Counted from the first letter of the stretch, positions 1 through 13,375 are shown. The stretch is DNA of 64,000 nucleotides from Octopus bimaculoides (GCF_001194135.2 NC_068988.1:51087778-51151777), one strand, 5' to 3'. Notes: generated by a model not told the origin, from the letters alone. Numbers and translations: made by a program.

Positions 1-559
1 TGGTAGGCTGACATACCATAGGGCAGAGAGAGTTTTTCAGTTTTGCTGGAGTAAGGTAGTCCGTACAATGTTGGTCCCACAATGAAATGCTCCCTGTACA
101 TTCTGTAAAATAGATGATGAATAAATGAAGACATCATAAGGAGAGAGGACTCTTTAGTCTTACCAACAACCTGACAACCCCTCTAGTGCCATGAAAAATT
201 CACACAGTGCACTTGGTAAAGTGGTTGGTGATAGAAAGGGCATCAGCTGTATGAAGCATGCCGAAGATGGAACTTATACATAAAACCTGATACTCAACCC
301 ATCTAGAAGGACCATAACTTGAAATAAGAATTGACTCACTCTATGACAACCCTACACCAGCATAGAAGAATTAATATAAAATAATGATGATGATGCATGC
401 ATGTGTGAGAGAGAGAGAGAGAGAGTGTATGTGTTTGTGTTTTATACTAATTTATAATATACCACCAGACGGGAATTATATAAAAAGTTGTGCTTATATT
501 TTGGTTTATTCACACTATTAATCATTTTAACAATTTTTTTCTGTACTATCATGGGCAAA

Positions 560-820
560 CTTGATTTGCAGTACAATATGTTGTCTTGGTCATTTTCTAT
601 CTCTCCTACAAGGGCTTTCTTCTTAAGATCTGACTTCAACAAGTCTTTCTGTGTATTCCTTAGTCTTCTGCCACTAGTACCCAGTTCTCCTCATTCATTT
701 GCATAACATATCTATACCTCTATACATTTGTATTGACTGCACAAATCAGCTAATACTTTCGATTCTGAACTGCTCTGTCTGTACACCTGTCTTCTTCTAC
801 TCTTGCTAGTTAATCTCAGA
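560..820 (-). mobile_element. Highly decayed RTE-like LINE C-terminal fragment
   Basis: Minus-strand translation GELGTSGRRLRNTQKDLLKSDLKK resembles the RTE C-terminal GxR..GR.KKR.KD.LK..LK motif. Confidence 0.4.
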
Positions 821-1149
821 TATTGTTTATTATATTTCATCCATCAATTGTAAATTTTTTTCTTCTGTAAACAATATTTATGTCAGTCAGTCAGTTATCC
901 ATTTGGAAGCAGCTTCTTAAGACCTAAAGCAGCTTGCCAACCAAACAGACCTGTAATCGCATTAGTAACTAGATGCTCTGTGGTCATATCAACAATGTAC
1001 TTATAGGCACCATGACATAAAAATAACTGTATACTCATAAGTAAAATTAGGCTTATGTGTGTCATCTATTAGAGACGATATATCACTAGATCATATACTT
1101 TAAATCTTCTTCTGTTAAGCTGATGTTTGAGGAGAATGTTATTTAGATT

Positions 1150-1880
1150 TGTGTATTTCAATTGAAATGACATGATTTCTGTAAGCTTTCTCAATGATCT
1201 GCACTTAACCCTTTCATCATCACATTTCTTGAATAAGCTCAGAAAATCCAGATGGCTTCACATTGTCCTCATGATATTCAAAGAAAGCTAATGCAGTGAT
1301 TGGTGAGACTAATGAGGTAGAGATAAGAGTACATTAGGCTGGTCAGAGGGACAGATTCCATTGTAATAGTAATAGATGAAATAGAAAGAAGAAACAGTAT
1401 ATATGCAGGCATCTTAAGCTAAATGATTCTCATATCAGACCTGGAAGATTTCTAATGTCTGAAGAAAATATTCTTTCACAGTTGTTCTCAAGATTGAGGA
1501 AACACTGGTGTGTGATGTGCAAGTTCCATTACATCTGGTTCTTTGGAAACTAATGGTTACTGGGAAAAGATAGATATCCAAGAAAAGAGTAGTTAGTTAT
1601 TTTCAACTGTTTCCATCGTCTTTGAGATGCTGAAAGTGAAGGTTTAAGGATGACTGTTTGCTTGATAGAAAATATTGCTCTCCATAAGAATGGGGCTCAT
1701 TGTTGAGCAGTTCCATAGATGAGGTAGATTTCCATCATGACAGGTTGTGGAGAATTTAGTGAATAGAAGAAAGCTTAGGAGTACACTGAGGATAATAGAA
1801 GGAACGCCATCAGAACCAGACAAATGAAGATAATGAGGATATATTAAAATTTGCAAAGATTCTGTTCTGTCATGTAAAAT
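1150..1880 (-). mobile_element. Decayed CR1/L2-group LINE reverse transcriptase fragment
   Basis: SGSDGVPSIIL (cf. SGPDGIP), CHDGNLPHLWNCSTMSPI (cf. G..P..WK.A.V.PI), SISKTMETVENN and LKMPAY occur in the expected order, with stops and frameshifts. Confidence 0.55.
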
Positions 1881-3401
1881 TGTATCACAATATTGCTGAT
1901 CAGCTAGACAAAATAGTATAAATTGTGCAAAAAAAGAAAAAAAAGGCTGAATCGTATCAAACTTTAGTGAATATAAATGACTGGTACAGTTACATTATAG
2001 TTTCCAACCTGCATGGAGTGTAGAGAAAGGTAGAAAAGTAGCTCAGTTATTATATTACATCTCTATTGTAGTTTTATGCTTGATATCAGTGAATACAATC
2101 TAGAGAAAATAATAACTTTTATGTATATTTTATATTTATATTAAACTTATTTCTGGCAAGATGTCATTCCTCTCAAAGCCAAAGCATTAAAACTTTACAA
2201 GATACATACCACAAGTGAAGCCACTGTAAAACTATAATACTTATAATCTTGTAGCTATAATTAGAGATTTATTATTTTTGTTTTCTTGTGCTCCTAGACA
2301 AAACACATAACTCAGTTTTCCTTGGGTAGAACTAGATGGATATTTCTTTTCAGTTGCCTGAGTAAATAATGATAAAATAGAAATTTAGTAATAAATACCC
2401 TTGGTATAATACTCTAGTTACAAATGTTAACCCTTTCAGTAGCAATCTACCATAGCCTATACCCTGTTCTAATACAAAACTTATTTTAAAGTATTTAAGA
2501 CCTTCTCAACAAAATTATTTGAAGACCTGTTTTTCCAAACACCAAATTCTCTCAGAAGTCTTTAGTATTTTCAAAATTAATTGAAACATGCAGGCAGTGT
2601 AATTTTGTTAGAATTATCATCCTGAGATGGTAGAACTAGGGAGAAAGGAAAAAAACAAGAGGTGTTTCTGGTGAAATGCAATATAAATTTAAAGGTTTTA
2701 TTGTTGTGTTTGATTTGTATATATAATTGTTGTAAATTAGGGTATTAAGCTAAGCTGAAAGTACTAGAGTTTATGCACTCACACATGTTGCTTGTACTGG
2801 TTAATCTATTGGATAGACTCAGTAATGTGGTATCGATCTACTTTAATGAATTTAGGTTGATCATGTATATATTAACCCAACTGTTTCAGAACATGAATTT
2901 CTTATTGGCATGAAACATTTCAAAATGAAAGACATGAGGTATTTCATTTTAGCAAAAACAAACAGAAGTTTTGTCAGTGCACACTATTCAAACTCATAAG
3001 AAAGCCATTCACTATATTTTGTTATGGAGAAAATTTCTCAAAGACAGAAAAGTGTAAAAACACCAAATCAGTTTGCAATGCACCCTAACAAGACTGTTGG
3101 ATGCATGCATTTCTGAGTGGTTATCTCTTCTTCAGCAACAGAGATTAGAAAGGTAGATTCTATGAACTGACACGAGAGGCAAGTCCCTCTTATGATATTC
3201 CTGTCATCATTCAGTCACTGGTTGCACTGTGTATTTACACCTATTTCTCTACAGCGAGAAATTTTCTTCATGAGAAAATAGTGAATGGCCTTCCTACCCC
3301 AAAACAAATTCCCCTATATATACATATACATATATATTATAAGGTTTTTAACTTTTAAATTTTCATATTCAAAAGAGACAGAGACTACAAACTCGATATA
3401 T

Positions 3402-3505
3402 CGATTTATTCACCACTCTATGTTAACATTTCTGTGCCAAACTTATCCAGTGACTGGTCCATTGGATTTTGACATTTGGCACTTCTTCAGGAATGGTTAC
3501 CATCG
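3402..3505 (-). ncRNA. Type I hammerhead ribozyme motif (mirror copy)
   Basis: Reverse-complement copy of 3632-3735 with core CTGAAGA at 3490-3484; the only difference from the other copy lies in loop II. Confidence 0.75.
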
Positions 3506-3631
3506 GAACAAGACATGAAAAAACACATACATAACGATCATTAAATTATTAAAATCCCGTTGAAAGATGAACTGTAACGGGATTTTAATAATTTAATGAT
3601 CGTTATGTATGTGTTTTTTCGTGTTTTGTTC

Positions 3632-3735
3632 CGATGGTAACCATTCCTGAAGAAGTGCCAAATGTCAAAATTCAATGGACCAGTCACTGGATAAGTTTGG
3701 CACAGAAATGTTAACATAGAGTGGTGAATAAATCG
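3632..3735 (+). ncRNA. Type I hammerhead ribozyme motif
   Basis: Stem I ACCATTC(3640-46)/GAGTGGT(3719-25), extended across an internal loop by CGAT(3632-35)/ATCG(3732-35). Core CTGAAGA 3647-53. Stem II GTGCCAAA(3655-62)/TTTGGCAC(3696-3703). GAAA 3705-08. Palindromic stem III ATGTTAACAT 3708-17. Predicted cleavage after AUA at 3718. Deviation: an extra A.A pair closes stem II. Confidence 0.75.
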
Positions 3736-3918
3736 ATATATCGAGTTTGAAGTCTCTGTCTCTTTTGAATATGAAAATTTAAAAGTTAAAAACCTTATAA
3801 TATAAATATAAACTGTGAGAACGACCCTTAAGGAATCTAGTTAATGATCCCCTAAGGTAAGTTCTTATGCTATATTGGTAACGGTTGCTACNNNNNNNNN
3901 NNNNNNNNNNNNNNNNNN

Positions 3919-3953
<35 letters not shown>

Positions 3954-4154
3954 TATACAGTAATACCTCACTTTATGAGGACCCACTTTACGAGACCCTG
4001 GGTTTATGAGTTTTATCTTATAATAAATATACAAAGGTTAAACAGCCTTTTTGTGTGTGTGACAATGTCGCAACATGTGGTAACACTGGTTCTGATGCTT
4101 CAATCACAGTGACAAACTCACCAATGAAGACCTTATTGCAATGCAGGAGCAGGC

Positions 4155-4948
4155 AACAAGTCTTAGTAAGAAAGTAGACAAATCACAAAACCCTTCAGGT
4201 AGATGACCCTGCTCGATCTGTAGAAAAGGCGTAGGTAGAAACTCCTAGGATACTCCTAGTGTAAGCTTTGGACACATTAAAGGTGCAGCAATATCAGAGG
4301 GAAGTTAACGGGGAAAATCGCTTTTGTGTGTGGAAGATGCTCAAGTACAATAAACACCAAAAATATACAGAAAATAGACTCCATCAACTGCCATTGGGGT
4401 AAACTAGAGGTAGTAGATAGTTTCCGTTATCTAGGTGACCAAGTGAGTTGTGGAGGTGGATGCGCCGAGTGCATAGCTGTGAGAATAAGATTAAGCTGGG
4501 CAAAGTTCAGAGAGCTCCTTCCTCTGCTGGCAACAAAAGGCCTCTCTCTCGGAGTGAAACGCAGATTGTATGGTGCATGTGTGCGAACAGCTACGTTAGA
4601 TGGCAACGAAACCTGGGCTGTGACAGCCGAGGACATGCATAGGCTTGAAAGAAATGAAGCTGGTATGCTCCACTGAATGTGTAATGTCAGTATGCATGTT
4701 TGACACAATGTAAGCATCTTGAGAGAAAAGATGGGAATAAGAGGTCTCAGATGTGGTGTTCAAGAGAGACAACTGTACTGGTATGGCCATGTGATGCATA
4801 TGGACAAGGACAGCTCTGTAAAGAAGTGCCAATCTCTACCTGTGGAGGGAACCCGTGGTAGAGGTAGACCCTGAAAGACATGGGACAAGGTGATGAAGCA
4901 TGATCTTCGAACTTTGGGCCTCCAGAGGCAATGACTAGTGACTGAGAT
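4155..4948 (+). mobile_element. RTE-clade LINE, 3' part of RT ORF with PHD-like zinc finger insert
   Basis: PCSICRKGVGRNS...KLWTH.KRCS...FVCGRC, then EVVDSFRYLGD, WAKFRELLPLL, ETWAV, WYGHVMHM and RGRGRP.KTW. Confidence 0.9.
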
Positions 4949-5013
4949 ATTTTCTCCATGAGAAAATACAGTAAATGGCTTTTCTACCCCCAAAACAAAT
5001 CCCCCTATATAAA

Positions 5014-5059
<46 letters not shown>

Positions 5060-5399
5060 NNNNNNNNNNTGATGATGATGATGATACCTATACCTATATG
5101 TGTGCACACACATATACACCCAAAACAGGCTTCTCTATCAAATTCACTCACTAGGCAATTGCCAGGTCAGGGTCATAGTAGAAGACACTTGCCCAAGTTG
5201 TTGCATAGTAGAATTGAAGTCAAAACCATGTGGTTGTGAAGCAAACTTCTTAACCACACAACTATGGTTGCATCTATATGAGCACAGCAAAACAAAAAAC
5301 ACTTTGCACATTTTCTGTTCTACAAGAATCTGAACCAAGGAAATCAACCAAATTGACTACAAAAAGATTTGCTCTATAAAGCTGTATTTAAAATGTAAG

Positions 5400-6480
5400 G
5401 CATTTGATTGTCATTCATTGCTCCACATCAGTGAAAAGATATGACATATGTCAATGAGATTAATAACAGGAAAAGTCAATCTCAGCAAACATGCTGTCTT
5501 GGAATTCCATTAGCTGTTCAAAAGAGACTATTCATATTAAATTATTTAATAATCAATGTTATAAGATTACAAGACAGCAAAATTTCTTGCACCAGTTCCG
5601 TTGTTTACTAATTGAAGTTGGCAAGACAAAGACTGCTAACAGCCAACCAATTCCATTATTAAATATTAAAACATTATTGGAAGGTCAATATTTGAATGGC
5701 ACTAAATTAGGAATAGGCTTCGTGATATGTCAATGCAGTTGCCAGAACCTCTACACAGTTGATTGTTCTGCTAGGAATAGCAGTCAATTTTCTTTGAAAT
5801 CATCTACCACTTTACAAATAAACTCGTGAGTTAATGTGGTCCTAGGTATATTGCACCTAGAAAAAGATAGAACTTTGAAAGCTGGAATACCTTTGGTTAT
5901 GCACACTTGTTCAATCAGATCTGATCTGAGACTAAACAGCAAGAACCGTCAGGCATGACATTTAAAATCCTACTTGAAAAGAACACTCTGTGTTTATCTG
6001 TTAGATACCTTAGTAAAATTCCAAGTGTCAGATAAAGAGTGATTTTGCTCAAAAGAGGAAATAAGGGAATGTGCAAAGCACTGCAACAAGTTGTATTGTC
6101 AATAGTTTGCAAATATCATCTCACCTGGTTGTCGTTGTGCAAGTTTTGCAGACATTCAAACCAACTTTTCCAGTGTCAATTGAAAGGACAATGTTCAAGA
6201 CTGAAGTAGGACCAACACAGTTAGTTGTGAGAGACATCTTAACAGATGAAGAAGCACTGGTTACCCCTACTGTGTTTCATGGTTCAGGACCTTACATTAA
6301 CCACTTCACTCAATCTGCCTTTTCAGAATGTCATCTCCCTTCTAATCTTTGTTTTTTCCCATAGGCATTGACTTTTGAAGTTGAATATAAATTGCTTCAG
6401 TCTCAGTAGGCATACGAAAGGTATGAGTGTAGCCACTTCCTTCTCATGAAGTCATTTGAAAAAAAAGGTTCTGTTTGAAC
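5400..6480 (-). mobile_element. Possible highly decayed L1/Tx1-like RT fragment
   Basis: Only scattered motifs: GRLSEVVNVRS, DDI and YLG in RT order. Confidence 0.3.
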
Positions 6481-6990
6481 TTGGATTCATGGAGCATTGT
6501 GTCACTAAGATTCAACTACCATGACTCAAATAATGCTACAATTTGTTTCTCTGAAGCCCACCGAGTGTTGCACTCATTTTCATCCCAAGACTTTTGCATT
6601 TTTTTCTCTCTTCATCCACTTTATTCGCATAGTATTGGCTTCAACAGGTCTCACGGCAATGGGATCAATTATGTCTTTTACCAATGTCCTAACATTATCA
6701 ATTGTTTTTTGATCTTTGTGTTATAGATGTAGCATGTGTGTGTGGTGGCAAAAGTGTAGAATTCATCAATAAACTCCTTCCCCCCACCTCTCTCTTTCTC
6801 ACACATACCTTCTTAGCCAGCCAGTTATGATATGAAATGAGCTTGTAGTTATGTCGTCAGGTAATGGTCAACATGCTGTTAAAAGTTGCAGTGTTTCTTA
6901 GTCCAGGGATGTGGATAAGCGGTTTAGGCAATATACTGCTAACCTAGTGGATTCTTTCAATCACTACTATTAAAACAGTTTTATCTTAGC

Positions 6991-7039
<49 letters not shown>

Positions 7040-8679
7040 ACACACACACCCTCCTCATCATGTGTCCTTTCCAAATTTGAGATGAGGGGTTGTAATTTGA
7101 GGGAAATTTGACTGCTATTTCTAGCAGGTTGAGCCACCATGCCAGTACTATTATTGGCTTAAAGTAAACTTGGTTGTTTAATTCCAGGTCAACTCTTATT
7201 GGGTAGATTATGATGAAAGGCATGCTAGTCATAAACCTTGTTTTCATTACATTATTTTCCCTCTTGTTAGGATCTATGTTGTCCATTATATTCTTTAAGG
7301 CAGTGTGATGTGATTTGTAACAAATTTGGCTGCTATTTCCAGCAAACATCTAGAGGCTCCCTTATTCAACATCATATCCAGTTAAAAATGACTGTTCCTT
7401 CTCACATACACACACATACACATACATTTTCTATTTCATTCTTTCAGAAAAGTAATTGTTGAAAGAGGTGGGGATCAGGTACGAATTACTTTTATTTCAT
7501 TACTTCAGAGAGGTGGTATGTCTGTGTAAGAATTAATTAGAAATGGTGTAATAGATGGTTGGAGGAAGAGTTAGTAGCACTTTGGTTGCATATGTAGATA
7601 TAATTACTTAAGCTGTGAGGATTACAATGTTTTTCCAGCCCAGCTGAGAAGCTGTTACATTGATCTGTGTAATTCGATAGTATTGTCAAAAATGTATTTG
7701 TTGGATGATATCTGTTTTTAAGCTTGTGTCACATAAATCTTAGTTTTGGCTTATTTATAGAACTTTTATTCAAAAAGATGATGTAATAGTAAATATAACA
7801 TTTCAACTGAACAGGTCAGATGACTAAAGAACTGTCAAAAGGTAGATATAGAGAGAGCAAAAACAATTATTATTGTAGTATTGATGATGATAACGGAAAT
7901 GACAACGTGTTTACAATTCATAACAACTGTCACACCAGGCAAATCAACTCTACAAGGTAGACTAAACAAATAGTGTGACTAAAAACCTTTCCACAGTATT
8001 AAAGCTTAAGAAATAGAGTAAGATTCATTTGAAAATAATAATGTTAGTTTTTACCTAGATATATGAAATACTGGAAGCTGGCTGCATATTGCATATAAAG
8101 GATTTTACATATCAATTATTCCTTTCTATTATAAGCACAAGGCCTGAAATTTCGGAGGTGGCCAGTTAATCAGATCAAATCCAGTACACAACTGGTACTT
8201 ATCTACCCCCAAAAGGATGAAAGGCACTGTCGACCTCGGTGGAATTTGAACTCTGAACATAACAGCAGATGAAATACCACGAAGCATTTCGCCTGACGTG
8301 GTAACGAGTCTGCCAGCTTGCCACCTTGGTTTTACATATTAGTTATATAAACCATAGACTTCTTTTTTATATCATGTACTTTGGACCAATTTACAAATAT
8401 ATATTTAATCTTTTTTTATGGTGGTAATCAGATATATCCACTCAAAATTTCATTACTCTTAACTGCAGAAGCAGTTTTATGTACCAGTCTATCTTTTGTT
8501 GAGTAATGTCAACTTTGAAACTAATTTTTGTTGAGATGTGTCAAGTTTATTGAGTCAGTTGAAAATACTAATTCTGTCTTTTATGAGATATTTAATATGA
8601 AATTTAGTTTTGCAGTTAAATGGTTAAAGACCTACTCTCGAATCACTCAAGTTATATATATATATATATATATATTATT

Positions 8680-9030
8680 CTTTTATTTGTTTGTCATTTG
8701 ACTGCAGCCATGCTGGAGCACCACCTTTAGTCAAACAAATCAACCCCAGTACTTATTCTATCGGTATCTTTTGTCGACCCGATAAGCTATGGGGCCGTAA
8801 ACACACCAACATCGGTTGTCAAGCGATGGTGGGAGAACAAACACAGACACACAAACATATACATATACATACAGGCTTCTTTCAGTTTACGTCTACCAAA
8901 TCCACTCACTTAGCTTTGGTCAGCCTGAGGCTATAGTAGAAGACACTTGCCCAAGGTGCCACACAGTGGGACTGAACCCGGAACCATGTGGTTTATAAGC
9001 AAGCTACTTACCCCACAGCCACTCTTACGC
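8680..9030 (-). mobile_element. SINE family A, full copy
   Basis: Reverse complement of the 22794 copy throughout. Confidence 0.88.
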
Positions 9031-11389
9031 CTATAAATAAATATATATATATATATATAGTAAGTTTAAAGCTCTTTGCTCTAAATTTTTATTGAAGTGG
9101 CTCTTTTTCATTTAGAGTTGTCAGTTTTTTTCTTCTTCTCGAGACTAAAATAACTACAGTGCAGAAGGCTTCAGTTAATATCACACTCTTTTCACAATTT
9201 ATACTGTCAGCATTATAATAAATAGACTGCTTCCTCTATCTTGGTTCTTCTATATATATATATTGTTTTTACATCCATTTGTCCATGTTAGGATGGTTTT
9301 GATGAGTACATCCTTATGTATGTATTATTGATTAGTGCTTTGCTTTTCCATCTAAAACAGCAGCTATATCAGTAGGTGCTAATTAGTCAGGTTTTTGATT
9401 AAATCAAACTGGGTTTGATAGTTAGCATCATTTATCAGTTTGCAGTAAGTGTTTCTATTTAGAGATAAGTCTAGTGTGAAATAAGTATGTGCTTAAATTT
9501 TTTATTTATGCTTTAAGCAGAAGAGGATCGCATTGCTACTATTCTTTCTTTCACCTAATGGCTGTGTTTGACACTTTACATACAACATTAAAGGAACGAC
9601 TTACACATGTTATATCAACAATAGTTAGCAGTATGTATTTAAATAATTATTTTTATTATTTAGACAAGAGGGAAAGTAGTGCCCATAACCCTTCACAGAG
9701 CTCTGCTAAAGGTTCTCAAGGTATCAAATTGTGGTGTTATGTTATTCATTTGTTTTCATGTCTGTTTTTCCATGCCAGCTTGGGTTAGATGAACATGATA
9801 TTGTTTATATTATTATACATTTACCCTTCCCCCTACTCAAAATATCAGACAAATACTTGAGTCAGTGGCATCAACTAACCTTCCCTTCAAAGTTGCTGCC
9901 TCAGTCTTTGTGCTTGTCCCCCACCACCACTTACAACTGGTGTTGGTTTGTTTACATCCCTACAGCATAGCAGTTTGGTGTTTAGCAAAAGAGACAAATA
10001 AAAAAAGTATCATACTTAAAAATAATAAGTACTGGGGGGGGGGGCGACTTGTTGGGCTAAACCTTTTGAGGTGATGCTTCAGCATGGCTGCTGTCCACTA
10101 AAACAAGTAAAAAGATAAAAAATAATAAAAAGATGTTTGTGATTAAACAAGATCTGGTTGCTGGCTCAAATATAATCATGTATTTTTCTATACTATTTTC
10201 TATCATTCATATGACATAGTCCAATCCCCACTGACTGTTTAATAGAATACTTTACATTTCATTTCATTTTCTGGTTAAAAGCAATTATTGTTTAATGTAA
10301 ATCACAGGGTGATAGTTCAGATCCAGTTTGAAGTTCAATTTTCGGTATTGTATTTATGAAAAGAATTTTTTTTCTCCTTTAATCCGTTTAAATCAGCACG
10401 TTATTAAAGCATAGTGTGAAGGTTAAAATATAGTTAAAGTATATTCTACATTGTTGTTTCATTCCTCCCGCTCCACAGATCACCATCATCTGTGAAGACA
10501 TGTTTCTTTTGAATCTTTTAGTTAAGAGGAAAAACAGTGCCTATAACTTTTCACGGTCTTTGCAAAATTAGTGGAACAAAGAAATCCTCAAGATGGAAAC
10601 CTGGCTCAAATGCTTGTGCCAGAGTAGACTTTGCTAAAGATACTCTAGGTGGTGGTGGTGGTGTTTTGTTGCTCTACCCTAAAAATAAATGAAACTCTTC
10701 TTCCAAATGATAGGAAAAGGAAGATGGCATGTGTGATTTATTCAAAATTAATGAAAAGAAATTGTTAGGCTGCATTAGTGTGAATCAGGAATTCAAAATA
10801 TGAAGGCATTTCTGACAATAAGTAAATAAATAACCTAAGTCTATTGGTTGGTAATGCGACCTGGCTTCATAGAGAAATTTGGTAGAAAAAAAAATAACTC
10901 TGCTGCGCAGCAGATGCTGATTTAATCTGTATCAAGAGAAATGGCACCAGTTTAAATAGACATCCCTGATGAAAACCATTTATGTATTTTTTTCATACAA
11001 TACTAAATTCTTCAAATTCATTTGGCTTACTTATTGTGCTTTGAGACAAATGAAAAGAAACTGTTAGAAACAAAAAGGGATAAACTTCCTTTTGGTTCAT
11101 GTTCTTTGATTTCCAACTTATTTCTGAAGGGATTTATATCATGCCCACATGTATGATGTTTATATTTAGGGATAATATATTCGCCAAATATATAAAAATT
11201 AGTGAGGCAATTTCTTCTCAGTCCCTCAGCTTGCTAGAAAAAGCAGTCAAACCTGTCTCATATCACACCATACCATCTAAGCGAAAATGTGATATTTCAT
11301 AATGTAGTTCTAGATAAAAATGATGTGGTCATGAATAGAATTCTTTTGATTATAATTCTGATCAATTTAGAGCCTGACTTTAAACTATA

Positions 11390-13030
11390 AAAAAACAGCA
11401 TGAACTGTATATATTGGAAATGCCATTATGAAAGGCTGCTGAATGTGGAGAATGAATGGGAAGAGGAGAGCCTGCCCAGTTGAGGGACCAGCTACCTGAA
11501 TCGATAACACCCTGGTAGATAAAGCAATCAAGGATATGAAGTCCGGAAAAGCCCCCAACCCATCAGAAATCACTGCTGAGATGCTTAAGATAGCTGGTGG
11601 TGTGGGTTATCGTCTAGTCACCCATATTGTAAATTAGGTAGTTCAAGAAAGAGTCATACCCAATGACTGGTGTAGCAACACCATAGTCAACTGCTACAAA
11701 GGTAAAGGTAATTGCTTTAGATAGAAATAACTACAGGGATATCTGACTGCTGAATCAAGTGATGAAGGTCATGAAGAGGGTCATAGCCCAACTAATTAGG
11801 GAGAGAGTCAGCCTAGATGAGATGCAGTTCAGTTTTGTGCCAGGTAGAAGCACCACTGATGCTATATTTCTGGTAAGGCAACTGCAGGAGAAATACTTAG
11901 CCAAAGATAAACCCCTATACTTAGCTTTTGTTGACTTGGAGAAAGCCTTTGACAAAGTCCCCTGATCCCTTATCTGGTGGGCGATGCAGAAACTAGGGAC
12001 AGATGAGTGGTTGGTAAGAGCTAACAGGAATGCTGTCAGTTAGGTAAGGGTCGGCAATGAGTATAGTGAAGAATTCCAAGTAGAAGTAAGGGTTCACTAA
12101 GGATCAGTCCTCAGCCCCCTCTTATTCATCATAGTCCTCCAGGCAATAACAGCTCCTGTATGCTGATGACCTTGCTCTCATAGCTGAATCACTACCAGAA
12201 CTAGAGAAGAAATTTCAGGTGTGGAAGCAAGGTTTAGAAATGAAGGGCATTAGAATCAATGTAGCAAAAACCGAAGTCCTAGTGAAACATGGGCCATGAC
12301 TGTTGAGGACATACGTAGGCTTGAAAGAAATGAAGCTAGTATGATTCTCTGGATATGTAATGTCAGTGTGCATACACAACAGTAAGTACCCTGAGAGAAA
12401 TGTTGGACATAAGAAGCATCAAATGTGATGTGCAAGAGAGATAACTGCACTGATATGGTCATGTATTGCGTATGGATGAGGAGACGTGTGAAGAAGTATC
12501 ACTCCATAACAGTGGAACGAACTTGTGGAAGAGGGAGACCCAGGAAGACATGGGATGAGGTGGTGAAGCACAACCTTTGAACTTTGGGCCTCACAGAGGC
12601 AATAAGAGACTAAGACCTCTGGAGATATGCTGTGATTGAGAAGACCTGGCAAGTAAAGTGAGATCACAGCTGTAGCCTATACCAGTGTCGCATGACCAGA
12701 CCATTTAAAAAGTACCTTTGAATCGTCGGGTGACACACCGTGCTTGAGGGGACCTATTGAGTCAAGTAAAATCAAAATCAGAATCTCAATGAAATCAAAA
12801 TCAAAATGGAAATTGTAGTTGTGGCCGATGCCAGTGCTGTGTGACTGGCTCCTGTGCCGGTAAAAAGCATGCACTACACTCTCAGAGTGGTTGGCGTTAA
12901 GAAGAGCATCCAGTTGAAAAAGCCTTGCCAGATCAATTGGAGCCTGGTGCAGCCTCCTGGTTTGCCAGTCGCCAGTCAAACCGTCCAACCCATGCCAGCA
13001 TGGAAAACGGACACTAAGCGGTGATGATGA
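11390..13030 (+). mobile_element. 5'-truncated, internally deleted RTE LINE with 3' UTR and (GAT)n tail
   Basis: WKCHYERLLNVENEW, KSGKAP, YKGKG, MQFSFVPGRSTTDAIFLVRQLQEKY, AFVDLEKAFDKVP, YADDL; ends in CCATGCCAGCATGGAAAACGGAC...GATGATGAT. Confidence 0.93.
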
Positions 13031-13039
13031 TATATATAA

Positions 13040-13330
13040 TGAGGTAGTGAGTTCGATTCCCGGACCAAGCTGTGTTGTATTCTTGAGCAAGACACTGTAT
13101 TTCATGTTGCTCCAGTTCACTCAGCTGTAGAAATGAGTTGCAACGTCACTGGTGCTAAGCTGTATCAGCTTTTGCCTTTCCCTTTGATAACATTGGTGAC
13201 ATGGAGAGGGAACGCTGTTATGCATGGGCGACTGTTGGTTTCCTATAAACAAATTTGCTCAGGCTTGTACCTTGGAGAGGAACTTTCTAGGTGCAATCCC
13301 ATGGTCATTCATAATCAAAGGGGGTCTTTA
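13040..13330 (+). mobile_element. SINE family D (other copies at 29703-30040 and 50263-50500, both minus)
   Basis: B-box GAGTTCGATTCC, then TTCTTGAGCAAGACAC...CTCCAGTTCACTCAGCTGTAGAAATGAGTT, shared by all three copies. Confidence 0.8.
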
Positions 13331-13332
13331 TC

Positions 13333-13375
<43 letters not shown>

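Larger units (their letters stand above)
3333..3804. repeat. Long inverted repeat (229-bp arms, 14-nt spacer)
   Basis: Arms 3333-3561 and 3576-3804 are reverse complements with 4 mismatches counted by eye. Confidence 0.97.

Noticed and set aside
488-706. Hydrophobic ORF MCLYFGLFTLLIILTIFF... as a possible first exon of the gene
   Set aside because: No basic/acidic EFCAB14 N-terminus, no suitable donor in the right phase, and it lies antisense to a decayed LINE fragment.
10468-10650. Strong-looking acceptor (cctcccgctccacAG) as a candidate exon 1
   Set aside because: All ATG-initiated frames stop quickly and nothing resembles the EFCAB14 N-terminus; a UTR exon cannot be excluded.
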